Assembly: GCA_963779755.1 (NCBI GenBank)
Contig: CAVZZO010000003.1
Coordinates: forward strand, 896,001-960,000
Direction: 5' to 3'
DNA length: 64,000 nt
Source: an uncultured Gemmatimonadales bacterium
Lineage (GTDB): Bacteria; Gemmatimonadota; Gemmatimonadetes; Gemmatimonadales; GWC2-71-9
How positions within the stretch are numbered: the first letter of the stretch is position 1; every line of letters begins with the position of its first letter. The notes beneath the pieces were generated by a model that saw only the letters and a list, made by a program, of their open reading frames with translations, searched no databases and was not told where the DNA came from. Shown here in pieces: positions 1 to 9,556 of the stretch. The position numbers and the translations under genes are program-made.

Positions 1-1
1 G

Positions 2-451
2 CCCTTCAACGACCGGGGATTCCCCGCAGTGCGCCTGACCGAGCAGCACGAGAACTACACCCGGCAGCACCAGGACGTGCGCGTCTCGGGCGACACCGCC
101 TACGGCGATGTGCTGGAGGGGGTGAGCTTCCCCTACCTGGCGCGGGTCACCGCCCTGGATGCCGCGACCCTGGCGTCGCTGGCGTGGGCCCCGCGGCCGC
201 CCGAGCGCGTCATGCTGAGCGGCGCCGTTCGCCCCTCCACCACCGTCCGGTGGACCGCTGCGGACGACTCCGCCCACCGCACCCGGGTCTACTGGCGACC
301 GACCAGCGCGCCCCAGTGGACCCACTGGCGCGACGTGGCCGCCCCGGCGGATTCGGTGACCCTCGAGGGAGTGGCGATCGACGATTTCGTCTTCGGGGTC
401 GCCTCGGTCGGCCCCAGGGGCGATGAAAGCGTGGTTCGATTCCCGTGGTGA
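2..451 (+). CDS. M28-family metallopeptidase, C-terminal part (5' truncated by window edge), with FN3-like C-terminal domain
   Basis: Open frame from base 2: PFNDRGFPAVRLTEQHENYTRQHQDVR...YGD...F.YLARVT, typical of the M28 C-terminus; stop TGA 449-451. Confidence 0.75.
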   Translation, partial: PFNDRGFPAVRLTEQHENYTRQHQDVRVSGDTAYGDVLEGVSFPYLARVTALDAATLASLAWAPRPPERVMLSGAVRPSTTVRWTAADDSAHRTRVYWRPTSAPQWTHWRDVAAPADSVTLEGVAIDDFVFGVASVGPRGDESVVRFPW

Positions 452-577
452 GCCTGGCCCGGTATGCCGCAGTGCGGCACCGCGGCTCGGCATGATACCG
501 GGCTGCACCAGCTGGCCCGCCTCACCGGCGGGCCCTTCGAGGTGATGCGCATGGGCCCCATTACCCTGTCCTGAGTT

Positions 578-609
578 GCCGCCGTTCCGGTGTGCACCGG
601 AACGGCGGC
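578..609. terminator. Perfect 15-bp inverted repeat (hairpin), possible terminator or RNA-stabilising stem
   Basis: GCCGCCGTTCCGGTG-TG-CACCGGAACGGCGGC; no clear U-tract. Confidence 0.5.
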
Positions 610-684
610 CCGTTCGTCTCCCACCCCGGAACCGCTCTCTCCTCCGGGCTCCCGACAGCCGGAGGCCGCGGGAGCGGCCCGGGA

Positions 685-693
685 TGGTATACT
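685..693 (+). promoter_or_regulatory. Candidate extended -10 promoter for the lipoprotein/TonB receptor operon
   Basis: TG-G-TATACT in a GC-rich background, inside a CCCGGGA...TCCCGGG inverted repeat. Confidence 0.45.
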
Positions 694-915
694 TCCCGGG
701 TTCCTGAAGCCATATTCCTGGCTCCTCATCGGGCGGCGCCGCACCGCCCAGCCAGAACAGTCCGAACGCCTTTGCCGAGGCCGCATGCCGCCAGGCCGTC
801 CTGCACACCTGAGGGCGTCGTCTTGTGCTGATCCGTCGCGGTACACGCGGCGCGTTCTGCTCCTTGCCGCTGGTGGTGTCCCGAGTCAGGCCGATCTCCC
901 GACTGTGGATTACCC

Positions 916-2082
916 ATGACACGTGCGACGACGATCCTGCCCGTGATCACCCTGCTGCTGGCCGCCGCGGCCTGTGACCATACCGCGCCCTTTGCTGCCG
1001 GTGCCGGCGCTGAGGGGCTGGATACCACTTTCGGGAGCGGCTCTCCCCGGCAGCTCACGTTCAATCTGGGGACGGATCTGACGCCGGCCTGGACGTCCGA
1101 CGGCGGCTCCATTCTCTACGCCGCCGAGCGACCGACCGGCGACCGCGACCGCTGCCTGGTGCGGCTCCCCGGGACCGGCGGCACCATCCAGAGTACCCTC
1201 TGTGGCAACCAGCTGGGTGGTCTCGACAGCACCGATGTCTGGGCCTGGCCCGCGGTGGCCGGGGATGGCCGCCTGCTGTACACCCGGGTCTGGTCGGGCA
1301 TCGGCAGCATCAATCCCGCCGGCGGCGCGCTCGAGCTTGCCAGCGTCGACCGGCCCGACGCGGCCAGCATTCTGCGCACCTTTCCCTATAGCGCCGCCGG
1401 GGGCCAGGTCCATCAGGGCATCTCCAATGTCGGCTGGCTCGATGCGAATACGGCGGTCTATATCGGTGAACGGATCGACTATCCGCGGGACTGCTCCTCC
1501 TGTCCGCCTGACACCCTGGCGACGGGGCTCTCCCTGGTCCAGGTAGACCTGGCCAGCACGCCGGCCCAGTTCAGCCTGGTGCCCGGCACGGGGGGCATTT
1601 CCTCCGCGGCGCCGTTCGGCTCCTCGGCCGTGCTGGCCACCACCGAGGGCAGCGCCGTCGTCAACCAACTCGACCTCGGCACCGGAGCGGCCATCCCCAT
1701 TCACGACTTTGCCGCCGAGGGCATTGCCCGCGATGTACAGACGGCCGGGGGCCGGATGGTCGTGGTCGTCGGCGGGAAGGTGAGCTACACCGTCGATTCT
1801 GCCCTGGGGCCGCTTCAGCGGGATGAAGGCGGCCTGCTGCACGTCGTGAACCTGGCCACGGGGGAGGATCAGTCCTATATCGTCGAGAGCATCGATTCCG
1901 CCACCGGGCAGCGTACCGGCCTCCTGTTCCGCCACCCCGCGCTCCGCCCCGACGGCCACGCCGTGGTCGTGGAAGGCTATCCGTTTCTCCGGAATGTGAT
2001 CCGGGACGCCAACGGAAACGTCATCGCGGTGGACACCGTCGTAACCCACACCTCCGATCTATGGCTCTTCGATCTTCCCTGA
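916..2082 (+). CDS. Lipoprotein with TolB/PD40-like beta-propeller
   Basis: Lipobox LAAAAC; RQLTFNLGTDLTPAWTSDGGSILYA resembles a PD40 repeat; overlaps the next gene. Confidence 0.7.
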   Translation: MTRATTILPVITLLLAAAACDHTAPFAAGAGAEGLDTTFGSGSPRQLTFNLGTDLTPAWTSDGGSILYAAERPTGDRDRCLVRLPGTGGTIQSTLCGNQLGGLDSTDVWAWPAVAGDGRLLYTRVWSGIGSINPAGGALELASVDRPDAASILRTFPYSAAGGQVHQGISNVGWLDANTAVYIGERIDYPRDCSSCPPDTLATGLSLVQVDLASTPAQFSLVPGTGGISSAAPFGSSAVLATTEGSAVVNQLDLGTGAAIPIHDFAAEGIARDVQTAGGRMVVVVGGKVSYTVDSALGPLQRDEGGLLHVVNLATGEDQSYIVESIDSATGQRTGLLFRHPALRPDGHAVVVEGYPFLRNVIRDANGNVIAVDTVVTHTSDLWLFDLP

Positions 2083-4853
2083 CGCTGGCCCTGCTGGCCG
2101 CCTGCACCGCCCTCGCCGGTGCCCGCTCCGCGCACGCCCAGAGCACCGGCGACATTGCCGGCCAAGTCAGGGACCAGACCTCGCGCGAAGGCATTACGCT
2201 GGCGCGCATCGTGGTAGACGGCCGCATCCGGGCCGAAACCGATACCGCCGGGCGCTATCGCGCCCGCGGCATTCAGAGCGGCTGGCACCGGGTCACCGCC
2301 AACTTCATCGGCTATCGGGCGGTGGTCCGCGACAGTGTACTGATCCGCGCCGGCGCCACTACGCTGCTCGATTTCGACCTGCCACGCGCCCCGACCCCGC
2401 TGGAGCCCCTGGTGGTGCAGGCGGTGGACTCGATCCTCGACCCGCTTGCCACCGCGACCACCCAGCGGATCACCGCCGAGGACCTGCGGCGGCTGCCGGT
2501 GAGCTCGCTGGATGAGGCGCTCGCCTTGCAGGCGGGTGCCGTAGGCCAGAGCTATCGCGGCGGGCGGCTCGGCGAGCAGTCGTTCATTCTGGACGGCCTG
2601 GGAGTCAAGAACCAGCTCGACGCCTCCACCGGCACGCTGGGAATCCGGCTTCCACCGGAGATTCTGCAGGAGGCCTCCCTCACGACCAACGGATTTTCCG
2701 CCCGCTACGGCCAGGCGCTCTCCGGTCTGGTGAACGTGGTAACCCGCGACGGCGGGGAGCGCTGGAGCGGCCGCGCCGCCTATGAGACCGACCGCCCCTT
2801 CGGCAACGGATGGGACTACGGCCTGGACCGGATGCTGTTCGAGGCCGACGGGCCGCTGGTGGGGGGCGTGCGCGTCCTCGCGGTGGTGGACGCCAGCGGG
2901 CGGCTCGATGCCGATCCGGTCAACGCCCCCTCCTCCGGACTGCCGCGCGACCCGCGCACCGACGCTCCCTGGATGCTGCCGCACAACAGCGGCGAGCAGC
3001 TGGATTTCGGCGGCAAGCTCACCATTCCGCTGGGGAGCCGGCAGACCCTGCGCCTCTTCGGGCTGCGCTCGGTCAACCAGCGGTTGCTCTACGATCCGGC
3101 CTACAAGTACAACGAAGCCCTGGCCCCGGGGCAGCGGGTGGGCGGCACGCTGCTCAGCGCCCACCTGCAGAACTCGTTCACCCTGAGCGGTTCCCGCGCG
3201 TTTATTCTCGACCTCCGGCTGGGGTACTTCGGCCGCGAGTTCATCCGCGGCCCGCTGATCGACCAGCCGGACTACAAGTTCGGGGCGTTCACCGCCAGAC
3301 CCTTTCATTTCCTCGGGGAGACCATCGCCCGCAACCAGGATACGCTGGCGGCGATGAACGCCGTGCCCGGCTTCCACCCGCCGGTGGCCAGCAGTTCGAC
3401 GCCCTGGGGCGTTCCCGCTCTCTTCCTGGCGGGCGCGCCCCGCGGGGACCTCGGCTGGAACAAGTACCGCGAAATGCGCGGGCAGCTCGACGCCACCCTG
3501 GGACTCAGCCAGAACGTGGACCTGATGTTCGGGGGCCAGTTGGCGGGCGAGCGGGTGCAGACCTTCCAGCGGGTCCTGGCCTATCTCCCGGTGGGCGACA
3601 GCGTGCCGCCGCCCACGGCATCGAACTTCTCCCCCACGCTGTGGTCGGCCTACACCGAGGGCCAGATACGCGGAACGGATCTGGCGCTCACCGCCGGCGT
3701 CCGCGCCGACCATTTCAGCGGCGGGTCCGACCTGAACACGCCACAGACGGTCCGGGGCCGCTTCGGCGCCCGCACCACGCTCAGCCCCCGCTTTGCCGTG
3801 TCGACCGTCCTCAAAGGGGCGACGCTGGTCGCGAGCTTCGGCAAGTTCAGCCAGCCGCCCGATTTCCAGTATCTGGTGGATGCGGCGTTCGACGACACCA
3901 CCCGCACCGGCCGGTTCCGCCGCGGCAACCCCGATCTCGGGTTCGAGACCGCGACCCAGTACGAGCTGAGCCTGCGGATCCGGCCCACCAACGGCACCGC
4001 CATCCGGGTAGGCGTCTACTCCAAACGGCTGGACGGGCTGGTCGCGTCGGTGCCGCTGGGGGTGAATCCGGATTCGACCATCTTCGCGCTCACGGATTAC
4101 GGCAGCGTCCGCGGCCTGGAAATCCTGGCCGAGCGCCCGCTGCGGAACGGCTGGGGCGTTCGGGTGACCTATACCCTGCAGAAGGCGACGGCCACGTCGT
4201 CCAACGCCTTTCAGCTCCGGCAGTTCATCATCGATCCGGTGACGGGCGACACCACCGTCCCGGCGCGGGTGGAATTCCCGCTCGACTACGACCGGCGGCA
4301 CAGCCTCACCGGGATCCTCCAGTTGCAGAGCAATCCCGATTTCGGGCCCGGCATCGCGGGCGCGCGCCCCCTGGCCAATCTGGAATTCGCCTCCATCCTC
4401 CGGTACAACTCCGGCCTGCCCTTCAGCCGGGTCATCAACGACACCCTGGTGGGGCCGCCCAACGACCTGCGGCTGCCCGCCACCACCACCGTTGACATGC
4501 TGCTCCGGCGGCCGCTGCGGCTCTTCGGGACCTCGGCCGGGATCTACCTGGATATCCGCAACCTGTTCAACCACCGCAACCAGGTGGCCGCGCGCCGCGA
4601 TACCGGAACCCCGGGCCCCACCGAGGCGGTGCTGCAGAACAGCGCGGACTCGCTCTACCAGCTGCATCCGGAGCCCATTCCCTACGAGTCCCCCCGCTAT
4701 CGGGGATGGGCCGACCTGGACCACAACGGGTATGTGGATGGCCCCACCGAATTGAAGCCGCTGTACCTGGATGCCGCCCGCGACTTCACCCAGCCGCTGT
4801 TCGTGTACGGTCCGCCGCGTCAGGTGCGGCTGGGGGTGGAGGTGCTTTTCTAG
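2061..4853 (+). CDS. TonB-dependent outer-membrane receptor with N-terminal carboxypeptidase-regulatory-like domain
   Basis: Signal peptide; TG.IAG.VRD N-domain; plug motif GFSARYGQALSGLVNVVTR; GNPDL..E; NLFN; C-terminal Phe (GVEVLF). Confidence 0.9.
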   Translation: MALRSSLTLALLAACTALAGARSAHAQSTGDIAGQVRDQTSREGITLARIVVDGRIRAETDTAGRYRARGIQSGWHRVTANFIGYRAVVRDSVLIRAGATTLLDFDLPRAPTPLEPLVVQAVDSILDPLATATTQRITAEDLRRLPVSSLDEALALQAGAVGQSYRGGRLGEQSFILDGLGVKNQLDASTGTLGIRLPPEILQEASLTTNGFSARYGQALSGLVNVVTRDGGERWSGRAAYETDRPFGNGWDYGLDRMLFEADGPLVGGVRVLAVVDASGRLDADPVNAPSSGLPRDPRTDAPWMLPHNSGEQLDFGGKLTIPLGSRQTLRLFGLRSVNQRLLYDPAYKYNEALAPGQRVGGTLLSAHLQNSFTLSGSRAFILDLRLGYFGREFIRGPLIDQPDYKFGAFTARPFHFLGETIARNQDTLAAMNAVPGFHPPVASSSTPWGVPALFLAGAPRGDLGWNKYREMRGQLDATLGLSQNVDLMFGGQLAGERVQTFQRVLAYLPVGDSVPPPTASNFSPTLWSAYTEGQIRGTDLALTAGVRADHFSGGSDLNTPQTVRGRFGARTTLSPRFAVSTVLKGATLVASFGKFSQPPDFQYLVDAAFDDTTRTGRFRRGNPDLGFETATQYELSLRIRPTNGTAIRVGVYSKRLDGLVASVPLGVNPDSTIFALTDYGSVRGLEILAERPLRNGWGVRVTYTLQKATATSSNAFQLRQFIIDPVTGDTTVPARVEFPLDYDRRHSLTGILQLQSNPDFGPGIAGARPLANLEFASILRYNSGLPFSRVINDTLVGPPNDLRLPATTTVDMLLRRPLRLFGTSAGIYLDIRNLFNHRNQVAARRDTGTPGPTEAVLQNSADSLYQLHPEPIPYESPRYRGWADLDHNGYVDGPTELKPLYLDAARDFTQPLFVYGPPRQVRLGVEVLF

Positions 4854-5051
4854 GAATCAGGAATCAGGGAGCAGGAATCAGGATTCAGTATCCGGGGACC
4901 GAGGGAAATGATCAGGTATGGACGACAAGGGGACAGGTCGGGCATCCCGGCCTGCCCCCTGATTCCTGATTCCTGATTCCTGATTCCTGATTCCTGATTC
5001 CTGATTCCTGATTCCTGATTCCTGGTCCCTTGTTCCTTACCCCCGATTCCC
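4852..5051. repeat. Inverted heptamer tandem array (AGGAATC)n ... (GATTCCT)n
   Basis: 5 AGGAATC-like units from 4852; 9 perfect GATTCCT units at 4961-5023, then degenerate units. Confidence 0.95.
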
Positions 5052-5082
5052 TATCTTGTCCTATCCTTTCCCCGCCAACCCC

Positions 5083-6864
5083 ATGCATCTCCTTCCGCTC
5101 GACTGGGCCGTCGTCATGGTTTCGCTGGTGGTCGCCTTCCTCCCGGCGCTGCTGATGGCGCGGCGGGCCGGCCGGAGCACGGCGGAGTTCTTTACCTCCG
5201 GGCGCGCGGCCCCCTGGTGGCTGGTGGGCGTCTCCATGGTGGCGACCACCTTCAGCACCGATACCCCCAACCTGGTGACCAACCTGGTCCGCGAGAACGG
5301 CGTGGCGGACAACTGGGTCTGGTGGTCGTTCCTGCTCACCGGGATGCTCACCGTCTTCTTCTATGCCCGGCTGTGGCGGCGCTCGCGCGTGCTCACCGAC
5401 CTCGAGTTCTACGAGCTGCGCTACAGCGGCGGCCCCGCCTCGCTCGTCCGCGGGTTCCGTGCGGTCTATCTCGGCCTGTTTTTCAACTGCGTCATCATGG
5501 CGACGGTCAATCTGGCCGCCGCCAAGATCGCCAATGTGGTGCTGGGCTGGCCCATGAGCCGCACCCTGCTCATCTGCGCGGCCATCAATATCGTCTTTGC
5601 GGCCACCTCGGGGCTCTGGGGCGTCCTGGTGACCGATTTCATCCAGTTCGGCATTGCCATGACCGGATCGGTCGCGGCGGCGGTCTACGCCCTGCGGCAG
5701 CCCGAAGTCGGTGGGCTGCACGGCCTGGTCACCCGCCTCGACCCCCAGACCCTCAACCTGCTGCCCGATTTCGGGAACTGGAGCCTCACCCTCTCCATTC
5801 TCATCATCCCGCTGACGGTGCAGTGGTGGTCGGTGTGGTATCCCGGCGCCGAACCCGGCGGCGGCAGCTATATCGCGCAGCGGATGCTGGCGTCGCGGTC
5901 GGAAAAGGACGCACTGGCAGGCACGCTCTTCTTCAACGCGGCCCATTACGCCCTGCGGCCCTGGCCCTGGATCCTGGTGGGCCTCGCGTCGCTCCTGGTC
6001 TATCCCCACCTGAGCGATATCGCCCATACCTTCCCCTACGTGGATCCGGCGCTGCTGGGGCACGATATGGCCTACCCCGCCATGCTCCGCTTCCTGCCCC
6101 ACGGGCTGCTGGGGCTCATGGTCGCCGGGTTGCTCGCCGCCTACGTCTCCACCATTTCAACCCACCTGAACTGGGGTACCTCCTACCTGGTCCACGACTT
6201 CTACCGCCGCTTCCTGCGCCCCGAGGCGGAAGAGCGGCACTACGTGCTGACCGGCCGCGTGGTCACCGCGCTGCTGATGCTGCTGGCCGCGCTGCTGACC
6301 CTGGTCCTCGACACCGCGAGGGAGAGCTTCAATCTCATGCTCTCGGTGGGCGCGGGCACGGGGCTTATCTATCTGCTGCGCTGGTTCTGGTGGCGGGTGA
6401 ATGCCTGGTCCGAGATCGCCGCGATGATCAGCTCGTTTCTCATCGCGCTCGCCTTCTTCGTGGCCGGGAAACAGGGCCATCCCGTGCCGGCCCACATCTC
6501 CCTGGTGCTCACCGTGGCCGCCACCACCGTCGTCTGGGTCGCGGTCACCTACCTGACGCCGCCCACCGACCGTGCCACCCTCGTCGCCTTCTATCGTCTC
6601 ATCCGCCCCGCGGGCAGCGGCTGGAAGCCGATCGCCGCCGAGGCGGGGGTGGCGCCCTCGCCCGACAGCCTGGCCAACGCGGTGCTCGGCTGGATGCTGG
6701 GATGCACCGCCGTGTATGCCGCGCTCTTCGGCACCGGGAGCTTCCTCTACGGGCGCACCACGCAGGGATGGGTCTGGGCCTCGATCTTCGCCGTCAGCAG
6801 CCTCATCCTGGGACGGCTGTTGGGGAGGATGTGGGGGGAGAAAGGACTGAAGGCCGAGGACTGA
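5083..6864 (+). CDS. Sodium:solute symporter (SSS) family protein
   Basis: Many TM segments; FFTSGR.APWW..G.SMVATTFSTDTP, TDFIQF, YIAQRML motifs; ATG 5083 preferred because the upstream TTG lies at the edge of the repeat. Confidence 0.9.
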   Translation: MHLLPLDWAVVMVSLVVAFLPALLMARRAGRSTAEFFTSGRAAPWWLVGVSMVATTFSTDTPNLVTNLVRENGVADNWVWWSFLLTGMLTVFFYARLWRRSRVLTDLEFYELRYSGGPASLVRGFRAVYLGLFFNCVIMATVNLAAAKIANVVLGWPMSRTLLICAAINIVFAATSGLWGVLVTDFIQFGIAMTGSVAAAVYALRQPEVGGLHGLVTRLDPQTLNLLPDFGNWSLTLSILIIPLTVQWWSVWYPGAEPGGGSYIAQRMLASRSEKDALAGTLFFNAAHYALRPWPWILVGLASLLVYPHLSDIAHTFPYVDPALLGHDMAYPAMLRFLPHGLLGLMVAGLLAAYVSTISTHLNWGTSYLVHDFYRRFLRPEAEERHYVLTGRVVTALLMLLAALLTLVLDTARESFNLMLSVGAGTGLIYLLRWFWWRVNAWSEIAAMISSFLIALAFFVAGKQGHPVPAHISLVLTVAATTVVWVAVTYLTPPTDRATLVAFYRLIRPAGSGWKPIAAEAGVAPSPDSLANAVLGWMLGCTAVYAALFGTGSFLYGRTTQGWVWASIFAVSSLILGRLLGRMWGEKGLKAED

Positions 6865-6865
6865 G
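6843..6865. repeat. Short AGGACTG heptamer array that supplies the SSS gene stop codon
   Basis: AGGACTG-AAGGCCG-AGGACTG-AG; same unit as the array at 37107. Confidence 0.55.
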
Positions 6866-6886
6866 AGGAAAGCCGACCGCCGCCTC

Positions 6887-7957
6887 TCAGAGAAGTGCCG
6901 CCTCCAGTTCCGCCTGCCGCTCCTCCAGGGTTTCCAGCAGCCGCAGCTGGGTGCGGCAGCGGCGGAGATTCTGTTCCGGGTCGGTTACGCGGTAGTACCC
7001 GTCCCCCGCGAGGTAGTCCGCCAGGAACCGCACCGCCTGCTCGTAGGTAATCACGCGTCCCGCCGTCTCGAGGTGCGCCCGCTCGGCCGGCGTGAGCAGT
7101 CCGCCGGCCGCCTCGAGGTAGCCTCGGGCCAATGCCCGGTAGAGCCCGGGACGCACGGCCACTCCAACCAGATCGGCCTCATCTTCGGCGGTGGGGCTGG
7201 TACAGCTCCGGACCAGGTCGCCGAAATCATGCAGGATCGTCCCCGGCATGACCGTGTCCAGGTCCACCACGCACAGGGCCTCCGCCGTCGCTGCGTCGAA
7301 CAGCACGTTGGCGACCTTGGCGTCGTGATGCGCGATGCGGACCGGCGGGCCGCCGGCGCTTCCCGCCGGTGGTATCCCCCGCGCCAGCTCCCGCCGCCGC
7401 AACAGGGCCGTGCTCTCCCGGCGGGCGCTCGAGGCGCGGCCGGCGGGATCGCGCGCCAGGACATCCTCCAGCGTCCGCACCCGGGCCGGCGTGTCGTGGA
7501 AACCGGGCAGCGTGATATCGAGCGGCGGCCCGGCATAGTCGGCCAGCAGGCGGGCGAACTCGCCGAAGGCATGGCCGGTCTCGTAGGCCAGGCCGGGATC
7601 CTCCACCCGCTGGTGCGATACCGCCCCTTCAATGAAGTGGTACATTCGCCAGACGGCGCCGTCGTCGCTCGTCAGCCAGAAGGCACCATCCCGCGCCGGC
7701 ACCAGCCGGAGCGAACGACGGGAATCGGCCGCCGGTTCGCGCCCCCGATGTTCGGCCAGATAGGTAGTCACCAGCACGATATTCCGGAGCACGCCGGCGG
7801 GATGGGGAAAGACGCGGGTGTTGAAGCGTTGCAGGAGATAGCGCCGGCCGGAGGTGGTCTCCACCCGGAAGGAGCGATGGATGTGGCCGCCGGGCAGCGG
7901 CTCGCAGGCCTGGACGGGGGCATCCAGCTGGAAGCGGTCGGCCGGGAGGTCCGGCAT
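6887..7957 (-). CDS. APH-like sugar kinase (N-acetylhexosamine 1-kinase/NahK-like family)
   Basis: GGHIH, YLLQRFN..VF, FHDTP.R, HHDAKVANVLFD, VVDLDTVMPG, DFGDLVRS, RFLADYL.GD.YY motifs. Confidence 0.8.
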   Translation of the reverse strand: MPDLPADRFQLDAPVQACEPLPGGHIHRSFRVETTSGRRYLLQRFNTRVFPHPAGVLRNIVLVTTYLAEHRGREPAADSRRSLRLVPARDGAFWLTSDDGAVWRMYHFIEGAVSHQRVEDPGLAYETGHAFGEFARLLADYAGPPLDITLPGFHDTPARVRTLEDVLARDPAGRASSARRESTALLRRRELARGIPPAGSAGGPPVRIAHHDAKVANVLFDAATAEALCVVDLDTVMPGTILHDFGDLVRSCTSPTAEDEADLVGVAVRPGLYRALARGYLEAAGGLLTPAERAHLETAGRVITYEQAVRFLADYLAGDGYYRVTDPEQNLRRCRTQLRLLETLEERQAELEAALL

Positions 7958-8871
7958 CAGGCCCAGAGCCGCTCCGGATAGACCCCCTGCGCAACCAGTT
8001 CGGCCATGGCGCGCTCCACACCGGGGCGGTCGGCGGCGTGGGTCAGCCCCCGCCAGTGGCCGCCAGGCGCGGCCATGTCCACCCGCAACACCCCGGCGCG
8101 AAGCAGCTGGCGGATAACCTCCGGCAGGAGAAACTCGCGGTCCCCTCCGCCGGGCTCGGCGAGGAAGGCCCCGAAAGCCTCATCCAGAAAGGGAAAGATC
8201 GCCGGAGTGAGGCCCCAGAGGTTCATGGACACGAGTGCGGAGCCCGGGAGGGTAACCGCTCCGCCGCGCCCCAGGCCGAGGTAGCGGTCATCGTCCCCGC
8301 CCTGGATATCGTAGATCTCTTCCAGGTCGCGCAGCTGGCCACCGCTTCCGGGCCGCAGGACGGCGCGGTTCACCGGGCCCGCGTCCGAGACCGTGTCGCG
8401 CAGCGGATAGCCCGGTAGCAGCGCGCGGCGTTCACCTGCTGCCACGGCGGCCAGGAACGCGGCGACCAGCTCCAGCGCCTCCCGGCCGTAGAAATCATCG
8501 GCATTGAGCACGGCGAATCCGCCGGGCACCTCGGCGCGCGCGGCGAGGACCGCCTGCCCGGTTCCCCAGGGTTTGCGCCGCCCGGGCGGGATCAGTCGCG
8601 GATCGGGCACGTCCTCCAGCCGCTGCACCGCCGTCCGGACCTCGATCCTGCCGGCAAATCGCTCGCCAGCCCAGTCGAGGAAATGGCTGGTCATTTCCGG
8701 GCGGATCACGAACACCGCGCGGCCGAAACCGGCCCGCACGGCATCATAGACCGAGTATTCCATCAGCGTGGCGCCCCCGGGGCCGACGGCAGCGAGTTGC
8801 TTCAGACCGCCGAAGCGGCTGCCCATCCCCGCGGCGAGCACCACCAGAGAACGAACGGGGGCCTGGATCAT
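7957..8871 (-). CDS. Sugar-1-phosphate nucleotidyltransferase (NTP_transferase family)
   Basis: LAAGMGSRFGGLKQL, KPWGTGQA, NADDFYG, VSMNLWG; 1-nt overlap with the kinase gene. Confidence 0.85.
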   Translation of the reverse strand: MIQAPVRSLVVLAAGMGSRFGGLKQLAAVGPGGATLMEYSVYDAVRAGFGRAVFVIRPEMTSHFLDWAGERFAGRIEVRTAVQRLEDVPDPRLIPPGRRKPWGTGQAVLAARAEVPGGFAVLNADDFYGREALELVAAFLAAVAAGERRALLPGYPLRDTVSDAGPVNRAVLRPGSGGQLRDLEEIYDIQGGDDDRYLGLGRGGAVTLPGSALVSMNLWGLTPAIFPFLDEAFGAFLAEPGGGDREFLLPEVIRQLLRAGVLRVDMAAPGGHWRGLTHAADRPGVERAMAELVAQGVYPERLWA

Positions 8872-8966
8872 GGTAGCGAAAGCTACCGCGGGCCGGCAAG
8901 AAACAGGGAGGCGCAGCCGCCGGCCGCGCGCTAGACTTGGGGATCACCCGCTACCGCGGAGAGATC

Positions 8967-9536
8967 ATGTCCCTGGGCACCCGGTGGAACGCCAGGCGGG
9001 CCGATGCCGCCGGATGGGCCGCGGGACGGTCCTGGCAGTGGCGCCTGCCGCTGCTCCTCTACCTTGCCTATACCGGCCTGCGAACGCTGGCCGATCCGGA
9101 GTATCGCGGCCTCTTCGGCGGAGTCACCTTCGGCGTCCACGAGCTGGGGCACCTGGTCTTCGCACCGCTGGGCCAGTTTCCGGGCGTGGCCGGAGGCAGC
9201 CTGAGCCAGGTCCTGCTGCCGCTCGCCGTGGCCCTGCTCTTTCTCCACCAGGGGGAATATTTCGGGATGGCGGTGGCCGGAGTGTGGGAGGCGACCAGCC
9301 TGTTCGACCTGGCCCGCTATATCGCCGACGCCCGCGCCCTGCAGCTCGACTTGGTGAGCTTCTCGGGCGAAGGCAGCATCCACGACTGGAACTACCTCCT
9401 GGGCCGGCTCGGCTGGCTGAGCCACGACCTGCAGATCGCGGGGCTGGTACGGCTGGCGGGGCTGGTGGTGCTGGGATTCTCGGTCTGGTGGGGCCTTTGG
9501 CTGCTCGGAGGCATGCGAGTACGGCGTGAGGCGTGA
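8967..9536 (+). CDS. Small membrane protein with HExxH motif (M50-like zinc peptidase family)
   Basis: HELGH in a hydrophobic segment, GGSL.Q.L.P, YIADA, HDW motifs; start chosen at ATG 8967. Confidence 0.65.
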   Translation: MSLGTRWNARRADAAGWAAGRSWQWRLPLLLYLAYTGLRTLADPEYRGLFGGVTFGVHELGHLVFAPLGQFPGVAGGSLSQVLLPLAVALLFLHQGEYFGMAVAGVWEATSLFDLARYIADARALQLDLVSFSGEGSIHDWNYLLGRLGWLSHDLQIAGLVRLAGLVVLGFSVWWGLWLLGGMRVRREA

Positions 9537-9547
9537 GGAGTGAGGCG
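9523..9547. repeat. Short GGCGTGA heptamer array spanning a stop codon
   Basis: GGCGTGA GGCGTGA GGAGTGA GGCG; related to the array at 34523. Confidence 0.65.
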
Positions 9548-9556
9548 CGCCGTTCT

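Noticed and set aside
449..574. Selenocysteine or read-through of the M28 gene TGA into the in-frame 36-codon ORF
   Set aside because: The peptidase appears complete at ...VVRFPW, there is no redox-motif context, and I cannot recognise a SECIS.
1977..4724. 915-aa minus-strand ORF, and similar long antisense ORFs (44462-47821, 41722-44304, 30656-32875, 48650-50863)
   Set aside because: They shadow well-supported genes on the opposite strand, which is expected at high GC3, and have no recognisable motifs.
4961..5023. Repeat arrays as CRISPR
   Set aside because: Units are 7-11 nt, contiguous, with no unique spacers and no cas genes.
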